Below the pieces are notes generated by a model that saw only the letters and a program-made list of their open reading frames with translations, did no database searches and was not told the DNA's origin. Shown here piece by piece: positions 51,201-64,000 of a DNA stretch of 64,000 bases. A program made the position numbers and the translations under genes. This DNA comes from Phoronis australis. Taxonomy: Eukaryota > Animalia > Phoronida. The stretch spans positions 1,066,551 through 1,130,550 of the forward strand of contig NMRA01000024.1 of NCBI GenBank assembly GCA_002633005.1, written 5' to 3'. Within the stretch, counting starts at the first letter, position 1. Every line of letters begins with the position of its first letter.

Positions 51201-54200
51201 GATGTGCATGAAAAATCATGATTTTTAGGAAAAAAATGCATCAAGCTTAGAAGTTCACCATTTCCTGGTTGATGACCATTGTATATTGCAAACAGTGATG
51301 GGAAAATTTTCTGTCTTAGTTTTAAGATGTTAATGAAATAGATTGTTGTTCTGCTAATTGTGTTGCAAATTAAGGTTTACAGTACGTGTATGAAAGATCT
51401 ACAACGAATGTGTAACTGCTATACACAGCTAAACGGAAGTATGCGAGACATAGACACTACGTCAATATTGTAGCACTCATTTCACCGTAAGTGATTCAAA
51501 TTATCTTCCTTTAAAAATCAAATTAATGCCAGAGTTCCCTCTAATGTATTGTTATGTGATTGCTTAGTTACTATATGGTAATAGTAACAATAAAACATAG
51601 TAATAATAAAAAGTAATTATACTGTAATAATGAAACGTCATTTTTAAACTTGGTCATTCAATTCAATTACCAGTTGACAATTAAAGTGGCACTTACATAC
51701 AACAAACAAGATTTTGATGTAGACAACTTACTGAACAATTTTAGGCCAAGTTCGTAACAGTACATGGCCAAAATCCAAAGTTGTGAACGTAAATAGGGAG
51801 TTGAAAAAACAACATTTCATTACCCATGTATTTTATTAGTACACCTGAAACACTTTGGAAAATTTTGTGGGATAGTATGTTTGCCCTTGGCACCAGGGGC
51901 GTAGGCGAGAGGGGATGTGTCCCCTTGGTAGGTAGAAGACCTTTTCACATATTGGTTTGAAAATTATAGGAAATTTCATTTTATATTTCAAAGCTACACA
52001 AATAAGTAATATTTAATTATATCAATGGTCCTATTCATCTTTGGACTAAACCATTGCTGGGTATTTTTTTTGTTCGTGATCATCACTTTGATAATGCCGG
52101 GTGTTAAGGATGAACACTGGTGAAACAGAAGCTCTAAGTGGCAGAGATTGATTTGTTTTGCCAGTTTGCTTTTTTGTTGTTTTTCAAGGCTGGGCTGTTT
52201 CATAGTATTTCACACTTCAGTCAATTGAGCGTAAAACGACACTGATTGAGTGGTTGACAGCAGGTCTAGATGTCCCTACCCTACCGTGTGCTTTGAAAAT
52301 CTCGAACACTACAGAATTGAGTTCGTACTCAGGTTTTTTTGAAGTCAACAAATTTTTTGTGATGACGCTTCACTTTATTTCAATCCTGATAAATCGTACG
52401 GTGATTCTTTCCTTATTCAGCACAAAATTGTTTGTCAAAATTGTCATTTTTCTGTTTTTAAAAGTCTGATGATTTTAATGAAAATATTAAGAACTCAAGT
52501 TAACGTTGTTTTCAGGGATTGGAATTTTCCTCTTTTAATAGGATTTCCTCTTTTTTGTTTTTGATGTTCTCTTATTTGAATTCCAGTTTCCTTTTCTCAT
52601 CTTTTTTCTCATTATTTTGACGTTATTGATTCAAAAATGTTATTTCACTTAAATTTTACAACACAAAAATATTCCTATCACACAAGCCTATTTGTGCTGC
52701 TATACATCTCATGGAAAATTTTCCTCTTTTTCTGTCATTAGTCATTCCAAGCCATGTGTTTTATGACATCTGCATACTACTGTCTAAGCTAACCACGGAC
52801 TGAAATTTTTTTGAAGTTATTTTTGTTAGGAAAATTGACAAAATTTCAATTGTCTGTCATATTGTGTGCTTAATTGGTCAGGAATTACCATAATCCAGAC
52901 CGATGTAGGCACACCTTTCTAAAAATGACTAATTAGACAATACAGCATGTTTTCGAAAAACTTGAATAAAAGTTGCAAGTTTTAAGTTTCAAAGTACTGA
53001 AGATAAGACAGAACTTGACAGGGCTATATGATATCCATGAAGCATCTGATATTGAAAACTGATAACTGTATGTAGATATTTGCTGCTCGGTTTTCCTCCA
53101 GTTGGTGCATGGTCCTGGACTTGTACTTATCGTATATGGTGATACAATGGAACAAACACAAGAAAAGGGTTAAAGTTTTATGGAGAGACATATGCTTTTG
53201 TTACTTTGAGAGAATCAGTCAAATCCTTTAGTCTCATGAACCTCGTATTGTCAAGTCATAGATTAGATGCTGTCTGTGTATTTTGACAGTTTGTAGGTAC
53301 GCTAGGTAAATCTTTCGCTAACACGATTTGTATGCAAGTGGATGAGAAAGTGTGCACCGTTTACCCCCTGAGTATTTAGCGAATTCCTCCCTCATCAAAG
53401 GCTTGATGGCGCTGTCACAGATTGAAATGAGCTAGTCGCTATTCATTGGCTTAGCTGAACGTACTGAATAATTACGGTCATAAGCTAATACGCCTGTTTA
53501 GCGTACGTGTTTCAATGTAAGAAACGAACAATAAGTAACGGAAACGACCATCATGGCCGTTTTAAAATTGAAATGTAAATGGTAACCTTCTTTGAATTTT
53601 ATAAATCGAGCCTTTATGAGAAAAATTTTCTTCACTCAAAATTGCGGCTAAGCCAGGTGCATTAATTTGTGAATCGAGTAAGATGGGTTAGTCACAGTCT
53701 GGTTTCGGCTCACTCAGGCGTTGGGGTAACAAAACCCCAAATATTAGCTTAGGAGTTGTCTCATGCAGTCAGTAAAATCTTTTTCACACATAGGACCTGA
53801 TTTCCTTGATGAGGAAGTTCCAGTTTGTATCAATATTTCCCTTTTTCCAAGAGTTACGATTTTCACGAACTGAGTCCATTTCCTTAGTCATGCAACCGCA
53901 TTAGGATGTTTTCAACACCAAAAATTGGATATCATTAGTTGGTTTCTTTTGGAAATCCCCGACCATGTTATAGATGCTGCATAGAATTGGATATTTTTGT
54001 CAGAAATTAGTGGAGCCTTGGGAGATGCCTGTGATATTCAGATAGAACGTTTTCATTATTTGGAAAATGCTAAATTTATAGTTAGTTAACCTTTTTTTTG
54101 CTTCCGAAGGTTTAAGTGATTCTGCCATTGTCTGTTTCAATTTAGACAGGCGCAATCATCTGCTACATTCTTTTCCATTTATTCTAAATTCCGGACAATC

Positions 54201-57200
54201 AATATTTCGCTAAAAATTTTTTTTGCAAACTACAAAAGCCTGTTTGATCACTGGCAATAAATCAGTGGAGTAACATGGTGATATTGCCTGCATGGCTCTG
54301 CATGTTTAGATTATCCAATGCCGGTAGTGGGATATAGTTGAAAGAGTGATTCAGTCTTACTATCATGTTACATTATGTAACCTGTCTGAAAAAAGAGGGT
54401 GCAGTATTGATTTGACCATCCTGGCGTTCTGCTGTAAGTTTCTGCACTGGGAAGGCCTCTCCCTGGTGGTAGGGTCTCTGTGTCCAGAGGCCTGACACTA
54501 GACAAACACAGCTCATAAACAGCGGCAAACAAGACTGGACATAGGGACATTGAAAAAAGCAAATGAAATGTGTGCCAACAAACACTGGACCAGGCTCTTC
54601 AATTCAAATGATATTGAATGAAAAAATAACCCTGAGTGCGCTGCTTTGCAATCCGTATTTTCCCAGGGATTTGATTATGTAATTTTCCTCTTCAAAGAAA
54701 AAATAATTATCGCGGTTCTGTTGACAGTTGAGAGTGGCAGTTGAACAGAAAAGGAGACATTGATTTTTCGACAAAAAGCCCAGCTTAGAAAACCAGTGGG
54801 CGTGAAGAGGCTGGTTTGGAGAGTGGCCCATGGCATTTTTATCTTCACATAATATCTCTTTGTGATTTGGTAATAAGCCATTGGGTATTTTGATGAATCC
54901 TTTCATGTCCCCAACTGGACAGTCCAATTTGGGATTTGGGGGTCTCACTTCCCCCCAATGCTTCAATCAAAAAATTTTATTTTTCTGGTAAACTTTTGAC
55001 ACAGGCTATTGAAAATTGATTATGTTTCAAACATCAGTAACACCAGAGTCACAGCATTTCAGTAAATGCTGTTTTGGAATTTTGTTTTTCACAACCTTAC
55101 TACTTGTGATCCCTTGGTTATAAGTGGAATCTTCCATATTACACCATCCTGCCTTAAAAATCCAATAGGTTAGTTCATTCTAAGGGGGCGTATTTTTTGA
55201 CAGCTGAAAACAACTGCTTCCACTCAAGAGCTTGTAGTTATTTATGTAGATTGGATTGGCTTGTGTGCATTAGTGTGGTTACATAATATCTGAGCAATAC
55301 TTTATAAAAGGGCAGATGGCCACCATTTTTATCAGAAAGAAATGTCATTCATTTAGAGCCCTGCTCTAGAGGACACAGGCTGAAGGTGATTTTCCACAAA
55401 ACTTGCCAGGTAATAGGTTTTGGGGCTTTTATCCAGTCACATTTTCTAGATGTCCTTTCTAAGGTCAAGCTGTGATGAAACATCATGTAATGTAGGTGAA
55501 GTCTTATTGACTGAAACTCCCAGCCTAATATGGTGGGTGGTTCTCAGAAAGCCTGTGAAATTCACTTTTGGATTTTAGAGAAATGGCAGTAGTTCTAGTC
55601 AATGAATTACAAGGGTTATTATTTGATGCTTCTAATACTTACACTCTCATTATTGTTTTACTTTACATTGAAGAATTTTGCTGTTGATTTTATTGAAATT
55701 AACAAGTCGTAGGTTGATGAATAATTGAGGTAGGGGGGGTGTACTGAATTTATTGATCTGTGTGAAATTTGAAACATAACTTTGTTACACATTGATATGC
55801 TGTTCTCCACATTTTTAGGAATTTCAGTTTTGGAATATCTGTTAAGAGACCACCAATATCATTCTGCTTGGTGTTAATCTTTTTTAGAAACCTCATCATT
55901 TGGTCAATTATTCTTATCCCAAATTATCTGTGGATGATACTATAACAAAGTGGTCTTGAGCTATGAATAATTTATATGTTTACATGACTTGTGTGCACAT
56001 ATTCATCTGATCCAAACATCATGAGTTGGTACTGGTGCTCTTATCATTAGTCACCAACCTGGTTTCATAGGGAGGGAATTCCAATGTCGAGTAGGCCTGC
56101 TGTTTGTTCAAAAAGCCTCAGTTCCAGTCAAGCTGGATATGTTTTCAGCCTCTGTCATTATTGCATAACCGGAGAATGAATAATCTATTTTGCCTGTGCT
56201 GGCCTAAGGGCTTTTCTGATCAATCCTGTTTTTGGGGTCGACCAGATAGCTGAGTGCAGGCAGTGTAAGAGGAGGTTGGCCATTCTCTCTTGGCCAGATT
56301 GTCAAGGCTTTCCCAGGTAGATTGGGCTGGTTTGCCAGTTTTATGATTGTTGTCTTTTCTTTGGCAGGGTTTGAGGGTGATATTGGCTGTGTCCTGCTGT
56401 TTTAGTAACTATGGCTAGTTTGACACTCTTGTGACATATGTGTCAGAAAACCTTTGTGTAGACTTTAGAGGGATTGGTGTCCTGTTTAGTGTCCTCAGTG
56501 TTAAATGTGTTAAAACTTTTTTGTGTTAAAACTTTTTTGTAGTTTTGAAGAAAAAAGTTGTAATGTTCTGTTTGTAATGTCTTGACAAAGATTTTTGGTA
56601 TGACTGTAAACTTTCGTAAATTCTGCATATTTAGTGTAATTCGTGCTCTGTGTGTCTTTTTGAACACCAGTTTTTGTTGGTGAAAATGTTTGTTCAAGTG
56701 TTTTATATGGAAATTGTTGAAATGGTAAATGAAAATGATAGCTATTAAATTCTCAAATACAAATTTAGATTTCAACAAGAATTGGATTAGATAAACCCTG
56801 GATTTGATTGAATTTGAAATTTTTTTTGTTGAACTAAAAGTAAAAAATAATAATGGCACTTTTATTATTGAATTGAAAGTTTGATGGATTTAAAAATATT
56901 TCTTGTTTTTCAAGCTATTTTTTCTCAGATTTTTTTCTGTTAAGATGTAAACTGTTGATTGAGATAAAAACTTTATGTTGTGTATGCAATTGTTTGAGCT
57001 ATAATTTTCTAGCAAACTTTTGGTTATCATAATATTAGATAATTATTTTTAAATTATGTTGTTTTTACAAGAATATCTTTGTTTTATTTACGTGAGATTG
57101 GTCACATGCCAAAAGTTTTGTTTTTACTTTATTTTCTTTTCTCGAAAAATATATCGAGGCAGGATTAAACTTTTTTCAAATTTCTGTTTCAAGTTTTCAG

Positions 57201-60200
57201 ATCAAAGTTTGAACTTTTGCTTTGTTCGTGTTCGTTTGATTTGCGAAGACTCATTTCAGTTGCCAATCGCTTATTCATTTCCTGTCCATGGAAGCAATGT
57301 TTCACAATAGATCCCTTGTAATTTGGCTGTCTTTTTTCCAATTTACCAACTGACAGGCCATTGATGAAAGCCTTCATTACTAGTCTCCCTTTACGTAATA
57401 ACAGTCACCTGGCATCCAATAAAACATTGAATAAATAAAACATGGTTCAGATCAATAATTGCTTTTAGTTAGGCGCAGGGCTGCAAGGGCTGTGGGATGG
57501 AGGGCCCCATACCGTGGATACGAAACTATTTTTCCTATCATGTTTTCCTCCATCAGGCATCTTTTCATTTTAGAAAACGATAATTACGTAATACTTGATG
57601 TCAGTGGTCAGAACTTGACTGATTAAATTATTTATGCTTCTGCCAGTAAGTAGGTATGTTAGGGGCTTCTTTCTTTGAGCTTTCCTCTCTAATTTTTCAG
57701 CCCTTGGACCAAGCCCTAGCAATACCTGTTATCAGCCTAATCCCTGAACTTGTTACTCCAGGACTGGTTTTTATTTACTGAGTTTCTGTTCCTTTGTTAG
57801 GGGCAGCTTATTTTGTATGCTGTCAAACCAGGGTTATGCAATATTCCATACTGTCCAATTCAATTATTCTAATTGACAGAGGCCTATTTGCCCCCAATTG
57901 TGTCATTGGTTTTTGCAAATTGCCAATTTTTATTCAATGAAAGACCATTGGTTGTACTGTGGCAGTCTGCGTTATTTTAGTTTTGCTGCTGATTCGATGG
58001 TGTTATTTTTCATAACACCCATATTTCATTAGTGTTGCCTCTTAAAATATTGCATAACATTCCTATTTTGTTTGCTATCACAACGTCATCTAAGAAGATC
58101 CTTGTGTGTCTGACACATGATAAAAACATTTTAATGAAGTCCACGCAGGTTTCTGGGATATTTCTACTGAAAATTGATCTGTTAATTTTTTGCTTGACTT
58201 CATAAGTCAGGAAGGCTCAATTCAGGCAAGATTTTTCACTGACAAGGACTGGAAAAGTTATGTAACTGGAATTTAAAACTGATATAAAAGTCTTGAAGAT
58301 CAATACAGTAGTTTTCAAAGTAAAGTTGACGAATTTCATCGAAATTTGTCTGGCTTCGTTGAAGTTATGGATAATATATTATTAAAAGTCAGCCTGAAAT
58401 TTTTTGTTCAAAATTTCGCAGGTTTTTTATGAGAAGTTTCGTCAATTATATTTGAACAAAAAAGTATATATGGGTTTAGTTCCTTTCAAGGTAGCTATTG
58501 TAGAGAAGCATACCACGTTGTTTAGTGATTATTAATCCAGTGTTTCGAGTATTGTTTTGGTTTATAAAAATGATTTGTTAACACTGATTTATGATTCTGG
58601 TTTAAATGTTTCAAGGCTTTATTATATATTTTCATCCGTATTTAAAAGGATAAATCCTTGAATTTCAACATAGGTCTTGAAATGTTATTGCATTGTCACA
58701 ATTGACCTTGAAAAGTCCAAAAAATCTGAAACGCGAAGACATACATTTTTGTGTTTCATTTTCATCTTGTAAACGTGCTAAAATTGCCAGTTTAAACTCT
58801 TCTCAGTTACTATGTTTCGTGTAAGTTAAGACTTGAAAAGTTCTTGAATTGCATGCAGAATGTTGCTGAGAAATACTCGACTGTAGTGAGCAGAATTCTG
58901 CATGAACCATGTATGTTTAAAAAGTACAGCAAAATGTAAATTATCTACACTTTGACAACTGCCACCAATATTTTGCCTGTCCCCTCTTGGCTGGATTGAT
59001 GTAAGAGCCAAAGTTGCTGAGAAGGGAAATGGTTTCTGCCATAGTTTCTGCATGATTGCCCAGGATTAGCCAAATGTGTGAAGTGTTGGATCAGTACTGC
59101 CAGTCCCAGCCCTCCTTCTTTTTGTGCCTTCCCTCCACACCTGTCCTGGTTATAAGCTGTAACTTCAGGTAAACCCCTATTGTTCTGACACTAAGCTCCA
59201 GCTGTGTTAGCACTAACTGGCCTGTCTTTTATTCCCTTGAAAAACCTGGGCATAAATTTTCCTTTGTAAACTTGGTTGGCTTATCCACTCTGTGTCTGTT
59301 GTTTGTGGATGCACCTCAGTAACAGATGTGGCAACTTGCCACTAATTGAAGTTATAATATATCTAGAGAATTACCAGCCTGACTGTGGCTCAACGTTTCA
59401 GTCATAAATTTTGATTTGTAATTTTAAATTAGTGTTGTTTCCACGTTTTAAGTGGGCTGAACACTGTGTTGTATAGTGACGACATTCCTTTAGCTTAGTT
59501 GGTTTGTTTTTTCAAAATCAGGATGGCAATAAGAAAAAATTACAGTATTAGCACTTAAATTTGTTGCTTTAAAGTTTTGTCAACTTGTGAAAATGTACTG
59601 TGCTACTGTACTCTAAATGAAATGGTGAACTATTTGGATTTGAATGTCAACGGCATTCCAGATCGCTTCCAAGTAATCTAGTGTTTATACTTCCTGAAAA
59701 ATTCTCTCATATCCTGTTTTAGTAATTGAACAAAATTTAATTTTTGTTTGTTGCATAACTTCCCTTTGCACTATAGAAAAAGGTGTTTGATTTTCAGCTC
59801 AGCCTACATTGTTACATAATTTCCTTGCAGTGTAGTTCCCCCTGAAAGTCCTTTGGCATGAGCTGTTTTTTAAATGCCTTTAAAACGCTGCACTGGGATC
59901 GACCCCACTCTACTTCGTGGTGTTCAATAGAGTGGAGGAGTTATATAATTCTTTTCTATACGAGCTCTGGTGTTGGAAAAAATATCGATAAAGCTGTTTT
60001 CATAGAGTCAATAGGCTTTTATGCGTCTTATTTTTACATTATTCAAGTTCAAAAATTTTCTGCACGGTAGGCATGGGTTATGCAACTTTTTTCTGGAGTG
60101 GTCAGCAGTCTGGTCTGAAAACTGAAATATCTGCTGGGAAGCCAGCACTTCTGTGGGCTGTGTTTATTTAAAGGTCTATTTGCTTTGGGTTTTAAGTTTG

Positions 60201-61638
60201 TACTTTGGAATTTTTGATAGGGCCTGTTACGTAACAATTTGACAAGCCCGGATTTTTTGGCTTGGCTTGGCTATTCCACCTAATGGTTTGGTCTAGGCAG
60301 CTGCCTCTAGTGATGGGATAATTTGACTTAAGCCGTTCCTCTGAAGTTGGTCACGTGATTTGTTTTAACTATCTTTTAGAGTTACCTAAGAAGAAGTCTT
60401 ATTTCTGTTTAGGTACTGCTGTTATCTTAATTTTCAGGATTATTTTGGCATTCCTTTCTGCTGAGGTGCTGTGCTGTTTTTGATTAGGTGAAGATAATGT
60501 CTCTCAACAGAGGTCACTCTGCTCTTTTAAAACACAGCTGGTGTTTTTATAAGATTTTAATTAATTTGTTGAAATTGAATGTAATGCATTTCGGTTGTTT
60601 GATTGGATTCATCATTAGATCGAATGAAATGTGTGTGTGTGTTATTATGATTATTTTTGGTGGCAGTAAGACGAGGATTTAGCACAGTTTTTATAATTAC
60701 TGAATTTGTTTTTGTTTGCCTAGTATTGGATGTGGAGAGTTCCTGTTGTGAACTTTGACTCTGAGTTAATAATAGTGTACAAGATACCATAGATAAGATA
60801 GTTGTCCAAAGTTTTGTTTACAAAGCATATAAGTCCTGTGGGTGTAGTGTACTTTTTATGACAGGCCTTGCATCTTTTATTATCCAGTAACTGTTATTAC
60901 CTGTATGTTAAAGTTGGATCTGCAATGCATGTAGGAATTTCTTAAGACATTGTTGCTTGGTATTGAGAAAGTGCAACTGTATGAGCAATACTGCAATCAA
61001 ATTTGAAATTTAATCTCTGAGAGAAAATATCAATACAATTGTTCATTTATGTGGATATGATTTACCAAGTATTTCTCATAACTGTTAATAATATTTTTAT
61101 TTCTTTTGTTGCTAGGATACAATAACTTAGGATGGAGTTTGTGGTTTCAACAGTTTCTCATCTCTACAGTGAATAAAAACTTGTCAATTTTGAATGCCAG
61201 GTTAACAATTTTGACAAGAAGTTAGCCTTAGGATTATTACAGTAACAATTTTTTTTCGGTTTGGACACGATATGGCAGTCCTGTTCAATTTCATTTTATT
61301 AAATGTCTCAACAAAAATAACTTTTCAAGACAATTTACTTTGCTTTTAACATGGTTTGCATGGGGTGGCTATTGCTTAACAACATTTGGTAAAATTTTGA
61401 GCATTTGCAATTATGAATGTGGCAAGTCTTTGGAAAATATGTATGGCAATTTTACAATTAGTTTTGTCTCTGATAGGAGAATTTTTTCTATTGATGAAAT
61501 TCAAATTGTTGCAAGTATTCTTTTGCTAGCCCGCAACCAACATTTGAGACCCCTACTCCGACAACTATCATATTGATTGGGACATATCTAAATTTTTCAG
61601 CCTTTTGCATTCACAGTATGTTATCTTGTCTTTTTCAG

Positions 61639-61669
61639 GTGGCGTGATATTATGTAAAGAAGCTGAGTT
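61639..61669 (+). other. 5' UTR part of first coding exon, containing a minimal start-stop uORF (ATGTAA 61652-61657)
   Basis: Follows a polypyrimidine tract and CAG acceptor; ATG-TAA is in frame with, and starts 18 nt before, the main ATG ATG. Confidence 0.7.
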
Positions 61670-62285
61670 ATGATGTCCGTTGAATCTATCCAGCAGCATT
61701 CATTTGAAACGAAACTAGATCGTATGCACCCACTACAGAAGCCGGTAGAAAACTACTACGCTCCTTCGACTGACAAAAACAGCAGTAGCAACAATAGTAT
61801 GCTGCTCTCCGAAAATGGTGAAGAAAATGCCGGGAGCGACACATCTGCTACCCGACCTGCGTCTGCTCCACTACAACCAGCTACGGTGGTGACACCTACT
61901 GGAGACTTCGAAGATGAGTCAAAGCCACGGGAAAGTGCAATCAATGACAGTGAGGCTCAGGCAACTGGGTCTGGTGAATCGGATAAAGCAGATTACAAAA
62001 TTGACTTGGAGAAACCCGACGACTATGACGACATGATGCCGTCTCCAGATCTGTCGGGAAGTATCCACTCCGAGGCAGCCATGTCTCCGCGTAGTGGGAG
62101 CGGGAGCAGCCCGGCACTGGCTGCCGAGATGTTGTCGCACTCGTCGACCCCAGAACACATGCGGAACTTGGACCAAAATAAAGTGGATGAAAATTCAATG
62201 AGCAATGACTGGAACGAGGATGCGTCGACAACTGTGGATGCTGATGGAAAGGAGACATATTACTGTCACTTGTGCAGTTACTCAG
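61670..62285 (+). CDS. hb: hunchback-type C2H2 zinc-finger transcription factor, first coding exon (Ser/Asp/Glu-rich N-terminus plus first half of N-terminal finger NF1)
   Basis: 208-aa ORF ending YYCHLCSYSG. Acceptor ttgtctttttcag at 61626-61638, in-frame TAA upstream (61655-61657), donor CAG|GTAAAA at 62285/62286 (phase 1). Splices in frame to the next exon, giving CHLCSYSGNSKFHFNSHMNSH. Confidence 0.9.
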
Positions 62286-62728
62286 GTAAAAGCTAATTAA
62301 TGCATTTGTAATCTGTGTATCAATAATAGTTAATACTCTATTAAAATTATGACATTTGTAATTTTTCTATGTTGCCATTAATTATTTTCGTAAAGTAAAG
62401 ATTTTAGGTTGTGTCAAAAGTGTAAAGTAAGTGTGCCATTTCTGTACTCGGGTGTAAGTGAATTAACAATTAATAATCTATAGGTGTTGATAACTACTAG
62501 TGATGTTAACTTGGTGGATTGTCAATTAAAGACTCTTTTCCTTTTTTAAGTTTTTGCTGTAGTCAGTCAGGATGCGTAACTTTAAAAATGTTAGTTATTA
62601 TTAATGCTAACGTAAAATTAATGTTTATTAATGTTCATGCTATTAGTTTGAGAAAACTTTTTGTGTAGAACAAGGTTGGTGTCGTGAAACAATAGACATC
62701 ACATTCACATGTTCTTGTTACGTTTCAG
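62286..62728 (+). other. hunchback intron (443 bp, GT-AG, phase 1) splitting finger NF1
   Basis: GT...AG boundaries restore a continuous C2H2 finger; AT-rich interior. Confidence 0.88.
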
Positions 62729-62961
62729 GGAACTCCAAATTCCATTTCAACTCCCACATGAACAGCCATTTTGAGCACCATTGCCAGCACTGTGACTACA
62801 CCTCACGCACCGAGGGTCGTCTTAAACGACACATCAAAGACTTCCACAGTCAGGTCCCACCCCCAAACTATTCTGGTCAGGCGAGAATCATTCGCAATGG
62901 TAACGTGGGCCGTCCCAAGATCTACAGGTGCAAGCAATGTGAATTCATTTCTCAGACAAAG
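62729..62961 (+). CDS. hb: hunchback second coding exon (rest of NF1, NF2, start of middle finger MF1)
   Basis: Acceptor cgtttcag|GG at 62728/62729. Translates (G)NSKFHFNSHMNSHFEHHCQHCDYTSRTEGRLKRHIKDFH...GRPKIYRCKQCEFISQTK; donor AAG|GTGAGA at 62961/62962. The fingers resemble the N-terminal pair of annelid/mollusc Hunchback as recalled, and PKIYRCKQCEF..TK resembles the first middle finger of insect Hunchback. The next exon was not found in the window. Confidence 0.9.
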
Positions 62962-64000
62962 GTGAGAATAGTGTTATCAGTTCAGAATCCCCAGTTTATT
63001 TGCAAGAAAGGGTGTCGCTCAGGACATCCTATATTTCCACCCTCACTCTGGGTGTCTTCACTTAAAGTAAGGGTAGATTGGAAGTTGGAAGCAACTACTA
63101 TTCTGTTAGTAAATTAACCTTGTGCATCTTCACGGTAACAAAGCTGTGGAAAACCTGTTTCAATTGTAGAACTGTAACATGTTGTCTAACTAAAACTATT
63201 TTTAGGCAGTTCTCGATCTCTTTCGTTTTACATGACACTTTCAGCGGTTGTTGGTTTTGTTTGGATCTGAGTCATTCGGCTGCAGCGGTGCTGCTTGCAA
63301 ACAAAACTTTTTTTCCGTAAACACTCGCGAAAAATCAAGATCTTACAAAACCACTAGATACATAAAAGTCAAATGTTTTGCGAGTATACTAGATACCTTG
63401 CTCTTGATGATTAGGTTGTTTTGTACCCTGGCAATACAGCAGCTACTAAGATGATTGGGTTGTTAGAGTTGGAATGTTAAATTATGGGAGAGAATTTATC
63501 ATTTCTGTTCCAAAAGCAGATTGCTTGCTGCAAGTCGAGGGTCATTTGAAAAAAGGTGGTCTTAAATCTACCATCCTGTTTGGAGAGCCTATGTGTCGCA
63601 TTATTATTTTCTGTCCTTTTTGTGTTCAACTGTTGAAGGGGCAACATGTTAGTGAATGTGATTTCATCTACCACCACCGTCCGTTGCATGCCGACAAGTG
63701 AGAGTTCTAAATGGCGGAACTGCTTTCCAGTTTCACCAAACACGTAAATCCACTGTTGGGATATGTTTTTTCACAATGTGCTGGGCTCCATATCTCTGAT
63801 ATTGTTGCTGTGTCAGCAACATTAGTTTTCATTATCTGCTCTGCATTGTAATTTGTTGCTACGTTGGACTTCTGATGCAGTATATATTGTTCAAGAGAAA
63901 CCCAAGCATGGTTAAGACACAAATTTAAAACCAGAGCTTAGTAATTCGAGTATGTCAATGAAAATTTTTATGCACCTGTGATGCGGGCCGTACTCATTAA

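Noticed and set aside
53698-53722. Minus-strand CCUGAGUGAGCCGAAAC resembling a hammerhead core
   Set aside because: Core spacing is wrong and there is no stem II.
56443-56859. 138-aa minus-strand ORF
   Set aside because: K/F/N/I-biased translation of T-rich low-complexity DNA with no recognisable domain.
62962-63117. Read-through extension of the 62758-63117 ORF
   Set aside because: Similarity to Hunchback ends at a good donor AAG|GTGAGA; the remainder is intron.
63474-63701. ORF with CPFC and several His as the next hunchback exon
   Set aside because: It does not continue finger MF1 (expected xxFWxHxxxH followed by CPxCPFVTEYKHHLEYH-like sequence), and the Cys/His spacing is not C2H2.

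Overview
AT-rich animal genomic DNA, almost entirely non-coding, with one assembly gap (12523-12849). The only supported protein-coding gene is at the far 3' end: the first two coding exons of a + strand hunchback-type C2H2 zinc-finger gene (61670-62285, 62729-62961). It carries the two N-terminal fingers retained in non-dipteran protostomes such as annelids and molluscs, and it continues beyond the window. The preceding ~61 kb is upstream or 5' intronic sequence rich in non-autonomous DNA transposons (Harbinger-, hAT- and mariner-like MITEs, Helentron/HINE-like elements), microsatellites and a LINE 3' end. The most striking structure is a Helentron-like family present three times (~1150-2294, 6197-7829, 44628-46160). 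Its internal ~145-160 bp tandem units each carry a co-oriented CTCF-consensus motif (GCGCCACCTAGTGGC type), organised in two copies as an A-B-C higher-order repeat. Also notable are a perfect 78-bp palindrome of palindromes, a minimal U3-A8 hammerhead-like motif, a nested insertion with its empty-site copy in the same window, and a start-stop uORF before hunchback. All calls were made by eye; no database search or alignment was run.
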